Shown: positions 9,652 to 19,417 of the stretch, piece by piece
Layout of the letters: each line of letters begins with the position of its first letter
Position numbering within the stretch: the first letter of the stretch is position 1
Assembly: GCA_040905465.1 (NCBI GenBank)
Contig: JBBDRK010000069.1
Coordinates: 1 to 64,000, forward strand
DNA: 64,000 nucleotides
Direction: 5' to 3'
DNA from: Trueperaceae bacterium
Lineage (GTDB): Bacteria; Deinococcota; Deinococci; Deinococcales; Trueperaceae
Position numbers and translations under genes: made by a program
Notes under the pieces: model-generated
Seen by the model: only the letters and a program-made list of their open reading frames with translations
What the model was told of the DNA's origin: nothing
Database searches by the model: none

Positions 9652-10731
9652 ATGGCAATGGCTCGAGCGAAACCGGCACGGGTAGTTGTGATAACGGGAG
9701 CTTCGGCCGGGGTAGGACGGGCCACGGCCGTCGCGTTTGCGCGAGAAGGCGCGAGTGTCGCGCTGCTGGCTCGCGGCGCGGCCGGACTGCAGGGAGCCCG
9801 CGATCAGGTCGAGAGCTCGGGCGGCCGGGCGCTGGCCATCGAGGTCGACGTAGCCGACGCCGATGCCGTGGAGCGGGCGGCCGATCGGGTCGAGGAGGAG
9901 CTCGGTCCGATCGATATCTGGGTCAACAACGCCATGCAGTCGGTGCTCGCCCCGGTCGAGTTGACTCGGGCCGACGAGTACCGACGGGTTACCGAGGTTA
10001 CCTATCTCGGTACCGTGCACGGCACGCTGGCGGCGCTACGCCGGATGCGGCCCCGAAACAGTGGCGTGATCATCCAGGTCGGCTCGGCGCTCGCATACAG
10101 GTCGATACCGCTGCAGTCCGCCTACTGCGCCGCCAAGCACGCCACGGTCGGCTTTACCGACTCGCTGCGGTCGGAACTCATCCATCAGCGCAGCGCCGTC
10201 GCGCTCTGCGCGGTGCATCTTCCGGCACTGAACACACCGCAGTTCGGCTGGGTGCGCAGCCGCCTTCCGCGCAAGCCGCAACCGGTACCGCCCATCTATC
10301 AGCCGGAGGTGGCGGCCAGCGCGATCGTCTGGGCCGCACGAAACCCGCGGCGCGAACTGTTCGTGGGTGGCCCGACGTTCAAGGCGATCCTCGGCAACCG
10401 GATCGCTCCGGGTTTTCTCGATCGCCTCCTGGCACGGCAGGCCTGGCAGGGCCAGCAGCACGATGGCCTGGCCGACCCCGACCGGCGCGACAACTTCTAC
10501 TCGCCGCAGGACGAAAGGGAAGACCGTGGAGCGCACGGCACCTTCGGCCAGCGCTCCCGCGCTTCCAGCCCGGCGCTGTGGCTCGTCAAGCACCGGCGAG
10601 GTTTGCTCGTCGGCACGGTCGCGGTGGCTTCGGCGATTTCAATCGCCGCGCTGATGGTCAGTCGCCCGGCAGTGCCGATCTCCCCCCACCGAACAGCCGA
10701 GCGGCCTCGCCTGCCGGCAACGGCCTACTGA
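9652..10731 (+). CDS. Short-chain dehydrogenase/reductase
   Basis: TGASAGVG, VNNA, catalytic YCAAK. Confidence 0.92.
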   Translation: MAMARAKPARVVVITGASAGVGRATAVAFAREGASVALLARGAAGLQGARDQVESSGGRALAIEVDVADADAVERAADRVEEELGPIDIWVNNAMQSVLAPVELTRADEYRRVTEVTYLGTVHGTLAALRRMRPRNSGVIIQVGSALAYRSIPLQSAYCAAKHATVGFTDSLRSELIHQRSAVALCAVHLPALNTPQFGWVRSRLPRKPQPVPPIYQPEVAASAIVWAARNPRRELFVGGPTFKAILGNRIAPGFLDRLLARQAWQGQQHDGLADPDRRDNFYSPQDEREDRGAHGTFGQRSRASSPALWLVKHRRGLLVGTVAVASAISIAALMVSRPAVPISPHRTAERPRLPATAY

Positions 10732-12748
10732 ACAGGAATCCCTGCCCCTCGTCGAAGCCGGAGCCGGTGAGGAAGCGCAACTGGTCCTCGCTCTCGATTC
10801 CCTCGCCTACCACCCGCAGGTGGAGGTTCTTGCCCAAGTCGACCACCGCCCTGAGAATGGCGGCGTCTTCGTTACCGGCGCCGTGGTCGACCAGGTCGCG
10901 TACGAAATTGCGATCCACCTTCAGGGTGTCCATCGGCAATCGCTTGAGGTAACTCAGCGACGAGAAGCCCTTGCCGAAGTCGTCGATGGCCAGAAATACG
11001 CCGAGCCCCTTCAACGAGTGCAATAGCTGGATGGTCTCATCGCGGGTTCCAACGGTGGCGCTCTCGGTAATCTCCAGCTCCAGGCAGCCTGGTTCCAGCC
11101 CCGACTCCCGCAGTACCCGCTCGACCGTCTCCATGAAGACCGGCGCCTCCAGCTGCTTGGCCGAGAGGTTCACGGCTATTCGCCCGATGGGCACTCCGGC
11201 TCGCTGCCAGGCTACTGTCTGCCGGCAGGCCTCGGTGAGCACCAGTTCCCCCAGCTTCCGGATGAGGCCGGTCTCCTCGGCCAACGGGATGAACAGGTCC
11301 GGGAGGATGAGGCCGCGCTTGGGATGTTGCCAGCGCACCAGCGCCTCCAGGCCGGTGATCTTCAGGTGCGTCAGGTCGAGTTGGGGCTGGTAGTGCAGCA
11401 CGAATTCGTTGCGATCGAGCGCCCCCCGGAGGTCGCGTTCGAGGTTGAGTCGTTCAACCGCTTCCAGGTCCATCGCCGGAGTGAAGAAGCGGTAATGCCC
11501 CTTGCCGCTCTCCTTGGCGAGGTACATGGCCAGGTCGGCGTGTTTGAGCAGGTCGTCCAGGTCGTGGCGGTCGCCGTCCGACATGGCGATTCCAACGCTG
11601 GCGCTGAGCGTAACGCCCTGCCCGTGAAGCTCGAAGGGTTCGGACACCCGCGTCAGGATCTTTTCGGCCACCTTGGCGGCGTCCTCCGGTGCATCTATCG
11701 CCGGCAGCACCACCACGAACTCGTCGCCGCCCAAGCGGGCGACGGTGTCCTCGTCGCGAACGCTCTCCAGGATGAAGTGAGAGGCAGCCTGCAGCACCTG
11801 ATCGCCGAACTCGTGTCCCAGGGAGTCGTTGAGCACCTTGAAATTGTCGAAATCCACGAACATCACGCCTACGGATCTTCCCACGCGGCGGGCGTGAGCC
11901 AGGGACTGCCGCAAGCGGTCGCGAAGCAGGGTGCGGTTCGGCAGGCCGGAGAGCGGGTCGAAGAACGCCAACTGCTTGAGGCGCTCGGTCATCTCCTTCT
12001 GGGAGGAGATATCGCGCGAGATGCTAACCAGATGGGGCTCCCCTTGCCACATAACCAGTGTGGTCGAACCCTCCACCCAACGCCAGGCTCCGGCGGCGTC
12101 GCGCATCCGCATCTCGAAATGCTCCATCGCGCGCCAGTGGCGGAATCGTTCGCGATCCTCGGGATGGATGAGTTCGAGCGGGCCGCTCGTCAGCAGGTCC
12201 TCTTCCGAGTATCCGAGCACCGTCTGGTGCGAGGGGCTCACATACACGTAGCGGCCTGCCATGTTGGTCATGGCGATCAGATCGCGGGCATTCTCGGCTA
12301 TCAGCCGGAATCGTGCCTCGCTCTCGCGCAGTGCTTCTTCGGCCGCGCGGCGCGCGCGGCGCTCCTCGGCCTCACGGAGAGCTCGGTTCACGGCCGGTCC
12401 CAACAGATTGAGACGGTTCTTGTTGACATAGTCCACAGCCCCGCTCTTCAGGAGGGCCACTGCCGCTTCCTCGCCGATGGCACCGGAAACGACGATGCAG
12501 GGGATGTCGGCGTCGCACGAGGCCAGCACCTCCATTACCCCCCGTGCGCTGAAGTTCGGCATGGCATGGTCGGTCAGGACGAGGTCCCAGGCACAGTCGT
12601 CGAGAGCCCGTTCGGTGGATTCCCGGTCTTCGACACGCTTGGTGTCGAGCTCGAATCCGTTACGGCGCAACTCCAACTCGATCAGGTCGGCGTCGTCCAC
12701 CGAGTCCTCCACCAGCAGCGCCCGCAGTGCCCCCGCGCTCGTGATCAT
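10658..12748 (-). CDS. REC-PAS-GGDEF-EAL c-di-GMP cyclase/phosphodiesterase
   Basis: N-terminal receiver (LLVEDS..D..K), PAS (IHPED), RLGGDEF, EALVRW, DDFGKGFSSL. Confidence 0.93.
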   Translation of the reverse strand: MITSAGALRALLVEDSVDDADLIELELRRNGFELDTKRVEDRESTERALDDCAWDLVLTDHAMPNFSARGVMEVLASCDADIPCIVVSGAIGEEAAVALLKSGAVDYVNKNRLNLLGPAVNRALREAEERRARRAAEEALRESEARFRLIAENARDLIAMTNMAGRYVYVSPSHQTVLGYSEEDLLTSGPLELIHPEDRERFRHWRAMEHFEMRMRDAAGAWRWVEGSTTLVMWQGEPHLVSISRDISSQKEMTERLKQLAFFDPLSGLPNRTLLRDRLRQSLAHARRVGRSVGVMFVDFDNFKVLNDSLGHEFGDQVLQAASHFILESVRDEDTVARLGGDEFVVVLPAIDAPEDAAKVAEKILTRVSEPFELHGQGVTLSASVGIAMSDGDRHDLDDLLKHADLAMYLAKESGKGHYRFFTPAMDLEAVERLNLERDLRGALDRNEFVLHYQPQLDLTHLKITGLEALVRWQHPKRGLILPDLFIPLAEETGLIRKLGELVLTEACRQTVAWQRAGVPIGRIAVNLSAKQLEAPVFMETVERVLRESGLEPGCLELEITESATVGTRDETIQLLHSLKGLGVFLAIDDFGKGFSSLSYLKRLPMDTLKVDRNFVRDLVDHGAGNEDAAILRAVVDLGKNLHLRVVGEGIESEDQLRFLTGSGFDEGQGFLFSRPLPAGEAARLFGGGRSALPGD

Positions 12749-13182
12749 GGACCCTGGTTCACGAGGAGCCAGTAGACGCCCAGCTGCTTCACGGCTTCGG
12801 TGAACTCGTCGAAGTCGATCGGCTTCTGCACATACGAGTTGGCGCCACTGGAGTAACTCTCCACCACGTCCTCATCCTGTTCCGACGTTGTCAGCATTAC
12901 TACCGGGACCATCCTGGTGGTCTGGTTCTCCCGCATCATCCTGAGCACCTGGATGCCTGACAGCTTGGGCAGGTTTATGTCTAGCAGCACGAGTTGGGGA
13001 AGGTCATGCGGGTCGCGGTCGGAATAGGGGCCGCGTGCGAACAGGAAGTCGAGAGCTTCGGCCCCGTCGCGCACCACCTTGATATCATTGGCGATGTTCT
13101 GTTTGGCCAAGGCGCGCATAGTGAGATCGATGTCGTCCTGATTGTCTTCCACCAGGAGGATATAGCCGCCGTCGCTGTTCAT
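12745..13182 (-). CDS. Single-domain response regulator (Rcp1-like)
   Basis: ILLVEDN, LLDINLPKLSG, VVMLTTS, GANSYVQKP; ATGA-coupled to the GGDEF/EAL gene. Confidence 0.9.
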   Translation of the reverse strand: MNSDGGYILLVEDNQDDIDLTMRALAKQNIANDIKVVRDGAEALDFLFARGPYSDRDPHDLPQLVLLDINLPKLSGIQVLRMMRENQTTRMVPVVMLTTSEQDEDVVESYSSGANSYVQKPIDFDEFTEAVKQLGVYWLLVNQGP

Positions 13183-13427
13183 GCGTTGCTCCCGGCGCCG
13201 TCCGCGGCCCCGGCAACGCGCCGGGACCTGACAGACCGACGCGTCCCGTTGAGTTCGCGCCGGCAGGCCGGCAACGGTCTCGACCGGACACACTCGAAGA
13301 GTGCTTCCGCTCCTGTATCGCGGTTCAACCTGGCCCCCCTGCTTTCGACGCCGCTACGCCTCGATTCCTGCGTCCCTCGCTTTTACGTTAGCCTACGCTC
13401 ATGACGGGCACAAGGACGTGCGCACCA

Positions 13428-14903
13428 ATGAGGCGCCTGGCGGCTACCGGCGCTCTGCTGCTGCTCGGCGCATGCCTGCCCATTCCCGACCTGCAGGTCG
13501 ACCTCAACCTGGCGCCTCCGTCGTACCGCGCTCCGCTGGGTGACGTGCGAGTGGACTACGTGGTGCGTCCCGGGTTTACCGAGCGCCATACGCCCGCCCA
13601 GCTCAACCGGACCGCCTACCTGCGTTATCGGCTTGACGACGTGCCCGATACCATCGTGCTGCTGGTGCCGGGCATCTTCGGTGGTGCCGCCAGCTTCGAC
13701 GCCCTCGCCCGACAGTTGGTGGCCAGCAGCCCGGGCGTTGAGGTCTGGGCGCTCGATCGCAGGGCGAACCTGCTCGAGGATCGTTCGGCGATGCGCCAGA
13801 GTCTGGCCGCGAGCGATCCATATATCGCCTATCGCTACTACATCGAAAACTGGGGACGCACTGGAGGGTTCAGCCCTCCGGGCATCGAGGAGATGTTCTA
13901 TCTGCGTTACTGGGGGCTTCAGGTGCACCTGCATGACCTCCACCGCGTCGTGTTGGATGCCAGAGCGCGCGCGCCGCACCTGATCCTGGGCGGGCACTCG
14001 TTGGGGGCGGCCCTGGCCAGCCTCTACGCGGCGTTCGACGCTGCGCCGAATCAGCAACGCCGTTACGGCTACCAGTTCCTCGATGGACTGGTGCTGCTCG
14101 ACGGCTCGTTGGGACGCACCGGCGGATTCGCCAGGGAGGACATCGGTTTTGCCGTAGGCCCACTGCGTCTGGCCCCATCGGCCAGGGAGCTGGAGGCGGG
14201 TAGTGGGGCGCCTTACTCGAACTCGGTGATCAGCCCACGCTTTCAGATCGAGCGGGAGGTGGCCGCGCTGCTCGGCCGTCTGGCTCCCGAGGAGTCTGCT
14301 CCTGCGGGCATGAGCGATTTCCCGGTCAGCAACAAGGCTCTGGTAGGGGTGCGCAACGATGACGAATACGGCCCGGTGCCTATCTTCAACGCAACCCTCG
14401 GCCACGCAGTGGGAGCCGAATTTCAGGGCAACCTGGGAGCGGTGATCCTGGGCGGGCTAGAGGGGCTGCGGTCGCGGAGCGTGGTGGGCGTGGCCGACGG
14501 CTTCGAGCGGGTAAGCTGGGCGTCCGGCGATCCCCAGCGCGAGCGAACCGATCTCGAGGCATTCATTCGCGCCTGGACCCTGGCCGATACCAATTTCGCC
14601 GAGTGGTACTTCCCGTTGCGGCTGGCGCTCGACATGACCTTGCTCGACCCGGCCCTGGAGGATGTCGCGGGATTCCTTCCCAATCGGCTGGTCACGGTCC
14701 CGACGCTGTCGTTGGGAGCGGGCCGGGGGTTGCTGCCGAGCCTCAACGGCATGCGAACCTACGCCAATATCCGCTACGGCTCGCCGATAACCGTTTACGT
14801 GCTGCCCGGGCTCACCCATATCGACATAATTACGGCACGAGCGAATCCGGTGGTGCCGATCCTGCAACGCTGGATCGCCTTTTTCACCAGCGCGCCGAAT
14901 TAG
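13428..14903 (+). CDS. Lipoprotein alpha/beta hydrolase
   Basis: Lipobox LGAC; nucleophile elbow GHSLG; C-terminal THID. Confidence 0.75.
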   Translation: MRRLAATGALLLLGACLPIPDLQVDLNLAPPSYRAPLGDVRVDYVVRPGFTERHTPAQLNRTAYLRYRLDDVPDTIVLLVPGIFGGAASFDALARQLVASSPGVEVWALDRRANLLEDRSAMRQSLAASDPYIAYRYYIENWGRTGGFSPPGIEEMFYLRYWGLQVHLHDLHRVVLDARARAPHLILGGHSLGAALASLYAAFDAAPNQQRRYGYQFLDGLVLLDGSLGRTGGFAREDIGFAVGPLRLAPSARELEAGSGAPYSNSVISPRFQIEREVAALLGRLAPEESAPAGMSDFPVSNKALVGVRNDDEYGPVPIFNATLGHAVGAEFQGNLGAVILGGLEGLRSRSVVGVADGFERVSWASGDPQRERTDLEAFIRAWTLADTNFAEWYFPLRLALDMTLLDPALEDVAGFLPNRLVTVPTLSLGAGRGLLPSLNGMRTYANIRYGSPITVYVLPGLTHIDIITARANPVVPILQRWIAFFTSAPN

Positions 14904-14968
14904 GGCAACGCAGCGGGGACGGCCGGGCGCTCGGCCGAAGCCGACGCCTTTCCCGTACACTTAGCAAC

Positions 14969-16249
14969 ATGCTCGACCTGCGCTACATCCGGGAGAATCC
15001 CGAGACCATCCGCCGCGCCATCCGTGCAAAGCAGTTGCCCGACGCCCTGGCAAAACTCGACAAGCTCATTCTCATAGACGAGGAGTACCGCCTGCTGCGA
15101 CAGGACCTCGAAGAGAAACAGGCACGGCGTAACGTCGCCAGCAAGGCCATCGGCGACCGCAAGAGGCGGGGTGAGGAGGCCGATGAGCTCATCCGCGAGA
15201 TGGGCTCGCTGGCCGCCGAGGTCAAGCGCCTCGAGGAGAAGAGCAAGGTACTCGGAGCCCAGGTACAGGAGCTTCAGCTCGAGATCCCCAACCTGCCGCA
15301 CGAGAGCGTGCCGTACGGGGAGAGCGAACACGACAACGTGGTGGTGTTCGAACGTGGCGATGCGCCGCGTTTCGACTTCGAGCCGAAGCCGCACTGGGAC
15401 CTGGCGGTGGAGCGGGGCTGGCTGGACCTGGAGGCCGGGGTGAAGATCACCGGCGCCGGCTTCCCGGTATTCCGGGCAAGCGGCGCACGGCTGATTCGGG
15501 CGCTGGAGGGCTGGTTCCTCGACTGTGCCCGCGAGAGCGGCTACGAGGAGGTGATCCCACCGCTACTGGTGAACGCCCAGTCGGCCCGGGCCACGGGCCA
15601 GCTTCCCGACAAGGAGGGGCAGATGTACCGGGTAGAGGACGGCTTCTACCTGGTGCCGACTTCCGAGATCTCGCTTGCCAATCTCCACCGTGACGAGATC
15701 CTCGACGAGGAACTGCTTCCTATTCGCTACGTGGCGCTCACCCCGTGCTTCAGGCGAGAGGCCGGCTCCTACGGCAAGGAAGTGCGGGGCATCAACCGGG
15801 TCCACCAGTTCGACAAGGTGGAGGTCGTGCAGTTCGCGCGACCGGAGCGTTCTTACGATCTTCTCGAGGAGATGACCGAGATGGCCGAGAACCTTCTCGG
15901 TCGTCTGGGCTTGCGTTACCGGCGATTACTGATGTGCACCGGCGACATGGGCTTCACCCAGGCCAAGAAGTACGATCTGGAGGTGTGGAGCGCGGGCCAG
16001 GGCCGCTGGCTCGAGGTCTCCAGCGTCTCGAACATAACCGAGTTCCAGGCGCGCAGGCTGCAGACGCGTTTTCGTCCTGGCGGCGCGGCCGGGCAGGGTC
16101 GCCCGGAGATGGTTCACACGCTCAACGGTTCCGCTCTGGCGTTGCCGCGAACGTTTGCCGCGTTACTCGAGCACTACCAGTGCGAGGATGGAAGCGTCAC
16201 GGTTCCCGAGGTACTTCGCCCGTATGTCGGGACCGACGTGCTGAGTTGA
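14969..16249 (+). CDS. serS: Seryl-tRNA synthetase
   Basis: MLDLRYIREN, PTSE, CFRREAG, RVHQFDKVE, HTLNGSALA. Confidence 0.96.
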   Translation: MLDLRYIRENPETIRRAIRAKQLPDALAKLDKLILIDEEYRLLRQDLEEKQARRNVASKAIGDRKRRGEEADELIREMGSLAAEVKRLEEKSKVLGAQVQELQLEIPNLPHESVPYGESEHDNVVVFERGDAPRFDFEPKPHWDLAVERGWLDLEAGVKITGAGFPVFRASGARLIRALEGWFLDCARESGYEEVIPPLLVNAQSARATGQLPDKEGQMYRVEDGFYLVPTSEISLANLHRDEILDEELLPIRYVALTPCFRREAGSYGKEVRGINRVHQFDKVEVVQFARPERSYDLLEEMTEMAENLLGRLGLRYRRLLMCTGDMGFTQAKKYDLEVWSAGQGRWLEVSSVSNITEFQARRLQTRFRPGGAAGQGRPEMVHTLNGSALALPRTFAALLEHYQCEDGSVTVPEVLRPYVGTDVLS

Positions 16250-16295
16250 AGCGTGTGCCGAACCTCCGCGGTTTCCTGTGCTGAGCGGCTCGCGG

Positions 16296-16592
16296 TCAGC
16301 CGTCTTCCTCTACCGTTCGCGGCACCTTGAAAAACCCTGCCTCGGTCTCGACTCCCAGCGCCAGTGCCGTGCTTCGCGGGAGCGACTCACGCGTCTCGTC
16401 CTCGCGCAGCACATTGCTGAGCGGCACCGGGCGAACGAGTTCCTCGACGCCTTCGGTGTCGAGCCGGCTCAGCGAATCGAAGTAGGCTAGAACCGCGCCC
16501 AGGTCCTCCCGCACCGACTCCCGTTCACCGTCGTCCAGGGCGATTCGGGCCAAGGTCTCCAGATGGGCCAGTTGTTCATCGCTGATGCTCAC
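16296..16592 (-). CDS. gatC: Asp/Glu-tRNA amidotransferase subunit C
   Basis: HLETLARI, NVLRED, FFKVPR. Confidence 0.92.
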   Translation of the reverse strand: MSISDEQLAHLETLARIALDDGERESVREDLGAVLAYFDSLSRLDTEGVEELVRPVPLSNVLREDETRESLPRSTALALGVETEAGFFKVPRTVEEDG

Positions 16593-16646
16593 GGAGGGAG
16601 TCTAGCACGGTCTTGCAAGGCCGCCGGCGGCCTCTCCGGGGCCGGT

Positions 16647-17381
16647 TCAGCGGTAGAAGAGCAGGCCCAGGTGGTAGAACGCGACCACCACCAGCAAAGC
16701 CGGCAGCATCGCGGCGATACGGAGCCTACGCACCTGGAGCAGGTCGAGACCCAGCCCGACGATCATCAGACCGCCCACGCCGTTGACCAGGAGCACGCGG
16801 GGATCGCTGGCGGGTTCCGGTACCAGATTGGCGAAGAGGCCCGCACCAAGCGACAACCCTCCCTGATAGACGAGCACCGTCACGGCCGAGAAGAGCACGC
16901 CGAAGCCGAAACTGGCGGCCAGCGCCAAGGCGGCGATTCCGTCCAGCGCGGACTTCAGCAACAGGAAGCCGTTGTCGCCGGACAGCCCGTTCTGGATCGA
17001 GCCGATGAGCGTCAGCGGGCCCACGCAGAAAAGCAGGCTGGCGCTGACGAAACCCTGGGTAAAGGTGCCGTGGCCACCGAAGCGCCGCTTGAGCGCCTCC
17101 CCCAGTCGCTCGAGGGCGTCGTCCAGCCGCCACCACTCGCCCAGCGCTCCGCCCGTGGCCAGCGCGGTGAGCCCTACGATCAGCCCGGGAGGGGTGGTTA
17201 CCCGGGTCAGGTCGAGAGCGTTGATCACGCCCACCAGTACGGTCGTGAGGCCGAGCGTCTGCACCACCGTCGCCACCACCCGCTCGGGCAGCCGGTCGCG
17301 CAGCAACAGGCCGAGCGCCCCGCCCGTGAGCACGGCGACGACATTGAAGACCGTTCCCGAGGTCTGTTCGAACGGGGTCAA
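16647..17381 (-). CDS. DUF554 (YdfK/YqgA) membrane protein
   Basis: GTVFNVVAV, FVSASLLFCVGPLTLIGS, KSALDG; TTG start overlaps the upstream stop. Confidence 0.88.
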   Translation of the reverse strand: MTPFEQTSGTVFNVVAVLTGGALGLLLRDRLPERVVATVVQTLGLTTVLVGVINALDLTRVTTPPGLIVGLTALATGGALGEWWRLDDALERLGEALKRRFGGHGTFTQGFVSASLLFCVGPLTLIGSIQNGLSGDNGFLLLKSALDGIAALALAASFGFGVLFSAVTVLVYQGGLSLGAGLFANLVPEPASDPRVLLVNGVGGLMIVGLGLDLLQVRRLRIAAMLPALLVVVAFYHLGLLFYR

Positions 17382-17989
17382 TCCTCTTCCGCCTGGGTGC
17401 GTCCGGTGAGTACCAGAACCGTGACCAGCAGACCAGCCAGCAGCGGCAGGCCGACCAGCCAAACCAGCCACGTTCCCAGCCCCCCCTCGCCCGACGGCGG
17501 CAACAGCAGCTGCAGATCCACGGCGCTGCTTCCGCCCACGCCCAGGTTTCCGGCGGCGCTCGACTCGCTTTCGCCATCGACGACCTCGACGAGCGTTAGT
17601 CGGTAGACACCTTGTGGCCGCGCCGCTATCCGGCCACGGTACTCGCCGGAACCGGGCTCGGCGATCAGAGGCTCCGCCAGCGCGAGCGCCCGGTCAGGGA
17701 GCGTTCCGTCCTCGGCCTGCTCGTCGACCGCCGTTTCCGCGTCATCGTCGACCTGGGCCACGAGATTCACGTCGCTGACCTCTCGATGCGAAGAGTCCGT
17801 CAGATGGACGCGCAGCTCGAATGCTTCGCCGGCAACGGGCATGGCGGGTCGCGTGGTGACATGGGCGAACAGCAACGACTGATGCGCCGAGGCGAAGCAG
17901 AGCAGCGTCGAGGCGGCGAGCCAACCGAAGACCGGTTGGAACGGGCGATGCCTGCCTGGAGGTCGATCGAGTGACAGTTTCATGCTCAA
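17378..17989 (-). CDS. Exported, C-terminally membrane-anchored protein (YtkA/FixH-like Ig fold possible)
   Basis: Signal ending ASA|H; beta-rich body with GEYRG and GVYRLTL; C-terminal TM helix. Confidence 0.6.
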   Translation of the reverse strand: MSMKLSLDRPPGRHRPFQPVFGWLAASTLLCFASAHQSLLFAHVTTRPAMPVAGEAFELRVHLTDSSHREVSDVNLVAQVDDDAETAVDEQAEDGTLPDRALALAEPLIAEPGSGEYRGRIAARPQGVYRLTLVEVVDGESESSAAGNLGVGGSSAVDLQLLLPPSGEGGLGTWLVWLVGLPLLAGLLVTVLVLTGRTQAEED

Positions 17990-18711
17990 TCAGCCCCTTC
18001 TTCCACCAGCCGCCATAGCCACTCCCGGGCGGTTAGTCCGCTCGACCGAATTTCCGCGGCCGCGTCGCGGCCGAACCAACGGTAGTGCCAGGGCTCATAG
18101 GCGTAGCAGGTGACCGCCTCGCGGCCTCGGGGATAGCTCATGACGAAGCCGAAGCGCCAGGCGTTGGCCTGCAACCAGGTTCCCTCGGGCGTCTCCGCCC
18201 AGTCGGCCAGGCCCCACGGAGCAGGGCCGCCTCGGGTGCGCAGGTCGATTGCGGTGCCGAGCTGGTGCTCGGAATGGCCGGGGCGCGCGCTCGTCAACAG
18301 GGCCTGCTCGCGACCCTGGGCCCGGACCCAGCCGCTGAACACCTGCTCCTGGTACTCGAACGACCGGTAGGCGCTCTGTAGCTCGAAGAGCACACCGGCC
18401 CGCCCGGCCGCCGACAGGAGCTCGGCGAGGTCCGCCACTGCCGGGGCCCTGAGGGTGCGGTCGTCGGCGAGGCCGGCTTGCCGTACCGATACCAGGTCGG
18501 CGGGCACGAACTCCTCAGGAAGGCGGAACCTGGTGTCGACGAGGGCGAAACGCCATTGATCCCCGGCACTTACCGGTGTCGGCTGGTCGGCATAGACGCA
18601 CGCCGGAGGCGCGGCCGCCGTCGCCGGGTGGGCCAGCACGCCCAGGCAGACGGACCCGAGGGCCCAGTGGCCGATGGTGCCGAACAGGGGCGGACGCAGG
18701 CGCAAGCGCAT
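17986..18711 (-). CDS. D-Ala-D-Ala carboxypeptidase, M15B/VanY family
   Basis: SAYRS, SEHQLGTAID, YEPWHYR. Confidence 0.92.
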   Translation of the reverse strand: MRLRLRPPLFGTIGHWALGSVCLGVLAHPATAAAPPACVYADQPTPVSAGDQWRFALVDTRFRLPEEFVPADLVSVRQAGLADDRTLRAPAVADLAELLSAAGRAGVLFELQSAYRSFEYQEQVFSGWVRAQGREQALLTSARPGHSEHQLGTAIDLRTRGGPAPWGLADWAETPEGTWLQANAWRFGFVMSYPRGREAVTCYAYEPWHYRWFGRDAAAEIRSSGLTAREWLWRLVEEGAD

Positions 18712-18827
18712 GGCAGCCACAGTACCGCAACCTGCTCGCATCGGATCGCTCGGGCCGGCTCCGCCGTGGCCGGCGACCGGGCATGTTGCCGCGCCGGCAG
18801 GCCGGTCGCGCCCATGAGCCGGCCACG

Positions 18828-19415
18828 TCAGCCGGCGGCGTCCGAGGGTGTCAGGACAGACTCGTGCAGGACGACATGACTGGCACCTTTCGGGCTCAAC
18901 TGGCTGTGAAAGAGCTGCACCGAGTCGACCGGCCAGGAAACCGGCTCGACCGGCCGCTCACCGCTCAGCAGGGCGGCCATGCGCGTGCGGCCTTCCTGGC
19001 CGATCCGGCGGACTCGGCCGAGTGTCAAGTGGGGCCTGAAGGCGACTTCCGATGGCGGCGTGCCGGTTCGCTGGAGAGCGCGCTCGAGCTGCGCTTGCAG
19101 GTGCCCCAGCTCTTCGGTCTCACCGGTTACCCCCAGCCACAGCACGGCCGGTCTGGCGGGACCGGGGAACACTCCGAAGCCGCCGGTGCGCAACATGAAC
19201 TGCCGCGTGCCGCGAGCGGCGGAGTCGACTGCGAAGCGCCAGTTCGCCAGCCCTCGTTCCGGGACGTCCCCCAGGAATCTCAGGGTCAGATGGCTTCGCG
19301 CGAGTTCCTGCCAGCGGACATCTGCATCGGTCAGCTCGTCCGCCAGCGTTTCCTGTGCCGCCCTCAGGACCGCGCGGACTTCGTGTGGGATCGCCAACGC
19401 CACGAACAGCCGCAC
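18828..19415 (-). CDS. thpR: RNA 2',3'-cyclic phosphodiesterase
   Basis: MRLFVAL, HLTLRFLG and PHLTLGR (two HxT motifs). Confidence 0.92.
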   Translation of the reverse strand: MRLFVALAIPHEVRAVLRAAQETLADELTDADVRWQELARSHLTLRFLGDVPERGLANWRFAVDSAARGTRQFMLRTGGFGVFPGPARPAVLWLGVTGETEELGHLQAQLERALQRTGTPPSEVAFRPHLTLGRVRRIGQEGRTRMAALLSGERPVEPVSWPVDSVQLFHSQLSPKGASHVVLHESVLTPSDAAG

Positions 19416-19417
19416 GC

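Noticed and set aside
9553-10020. 155-aa minus-strand ORF
   Set aside because: Antisense to the SDR gene; no independent evidence
14603-14968. N-terminal extension of SerS in the ORF track
   Set aside because: Overlaps the hydrolase gene in another frame; the canonical start is MLDL at 14969
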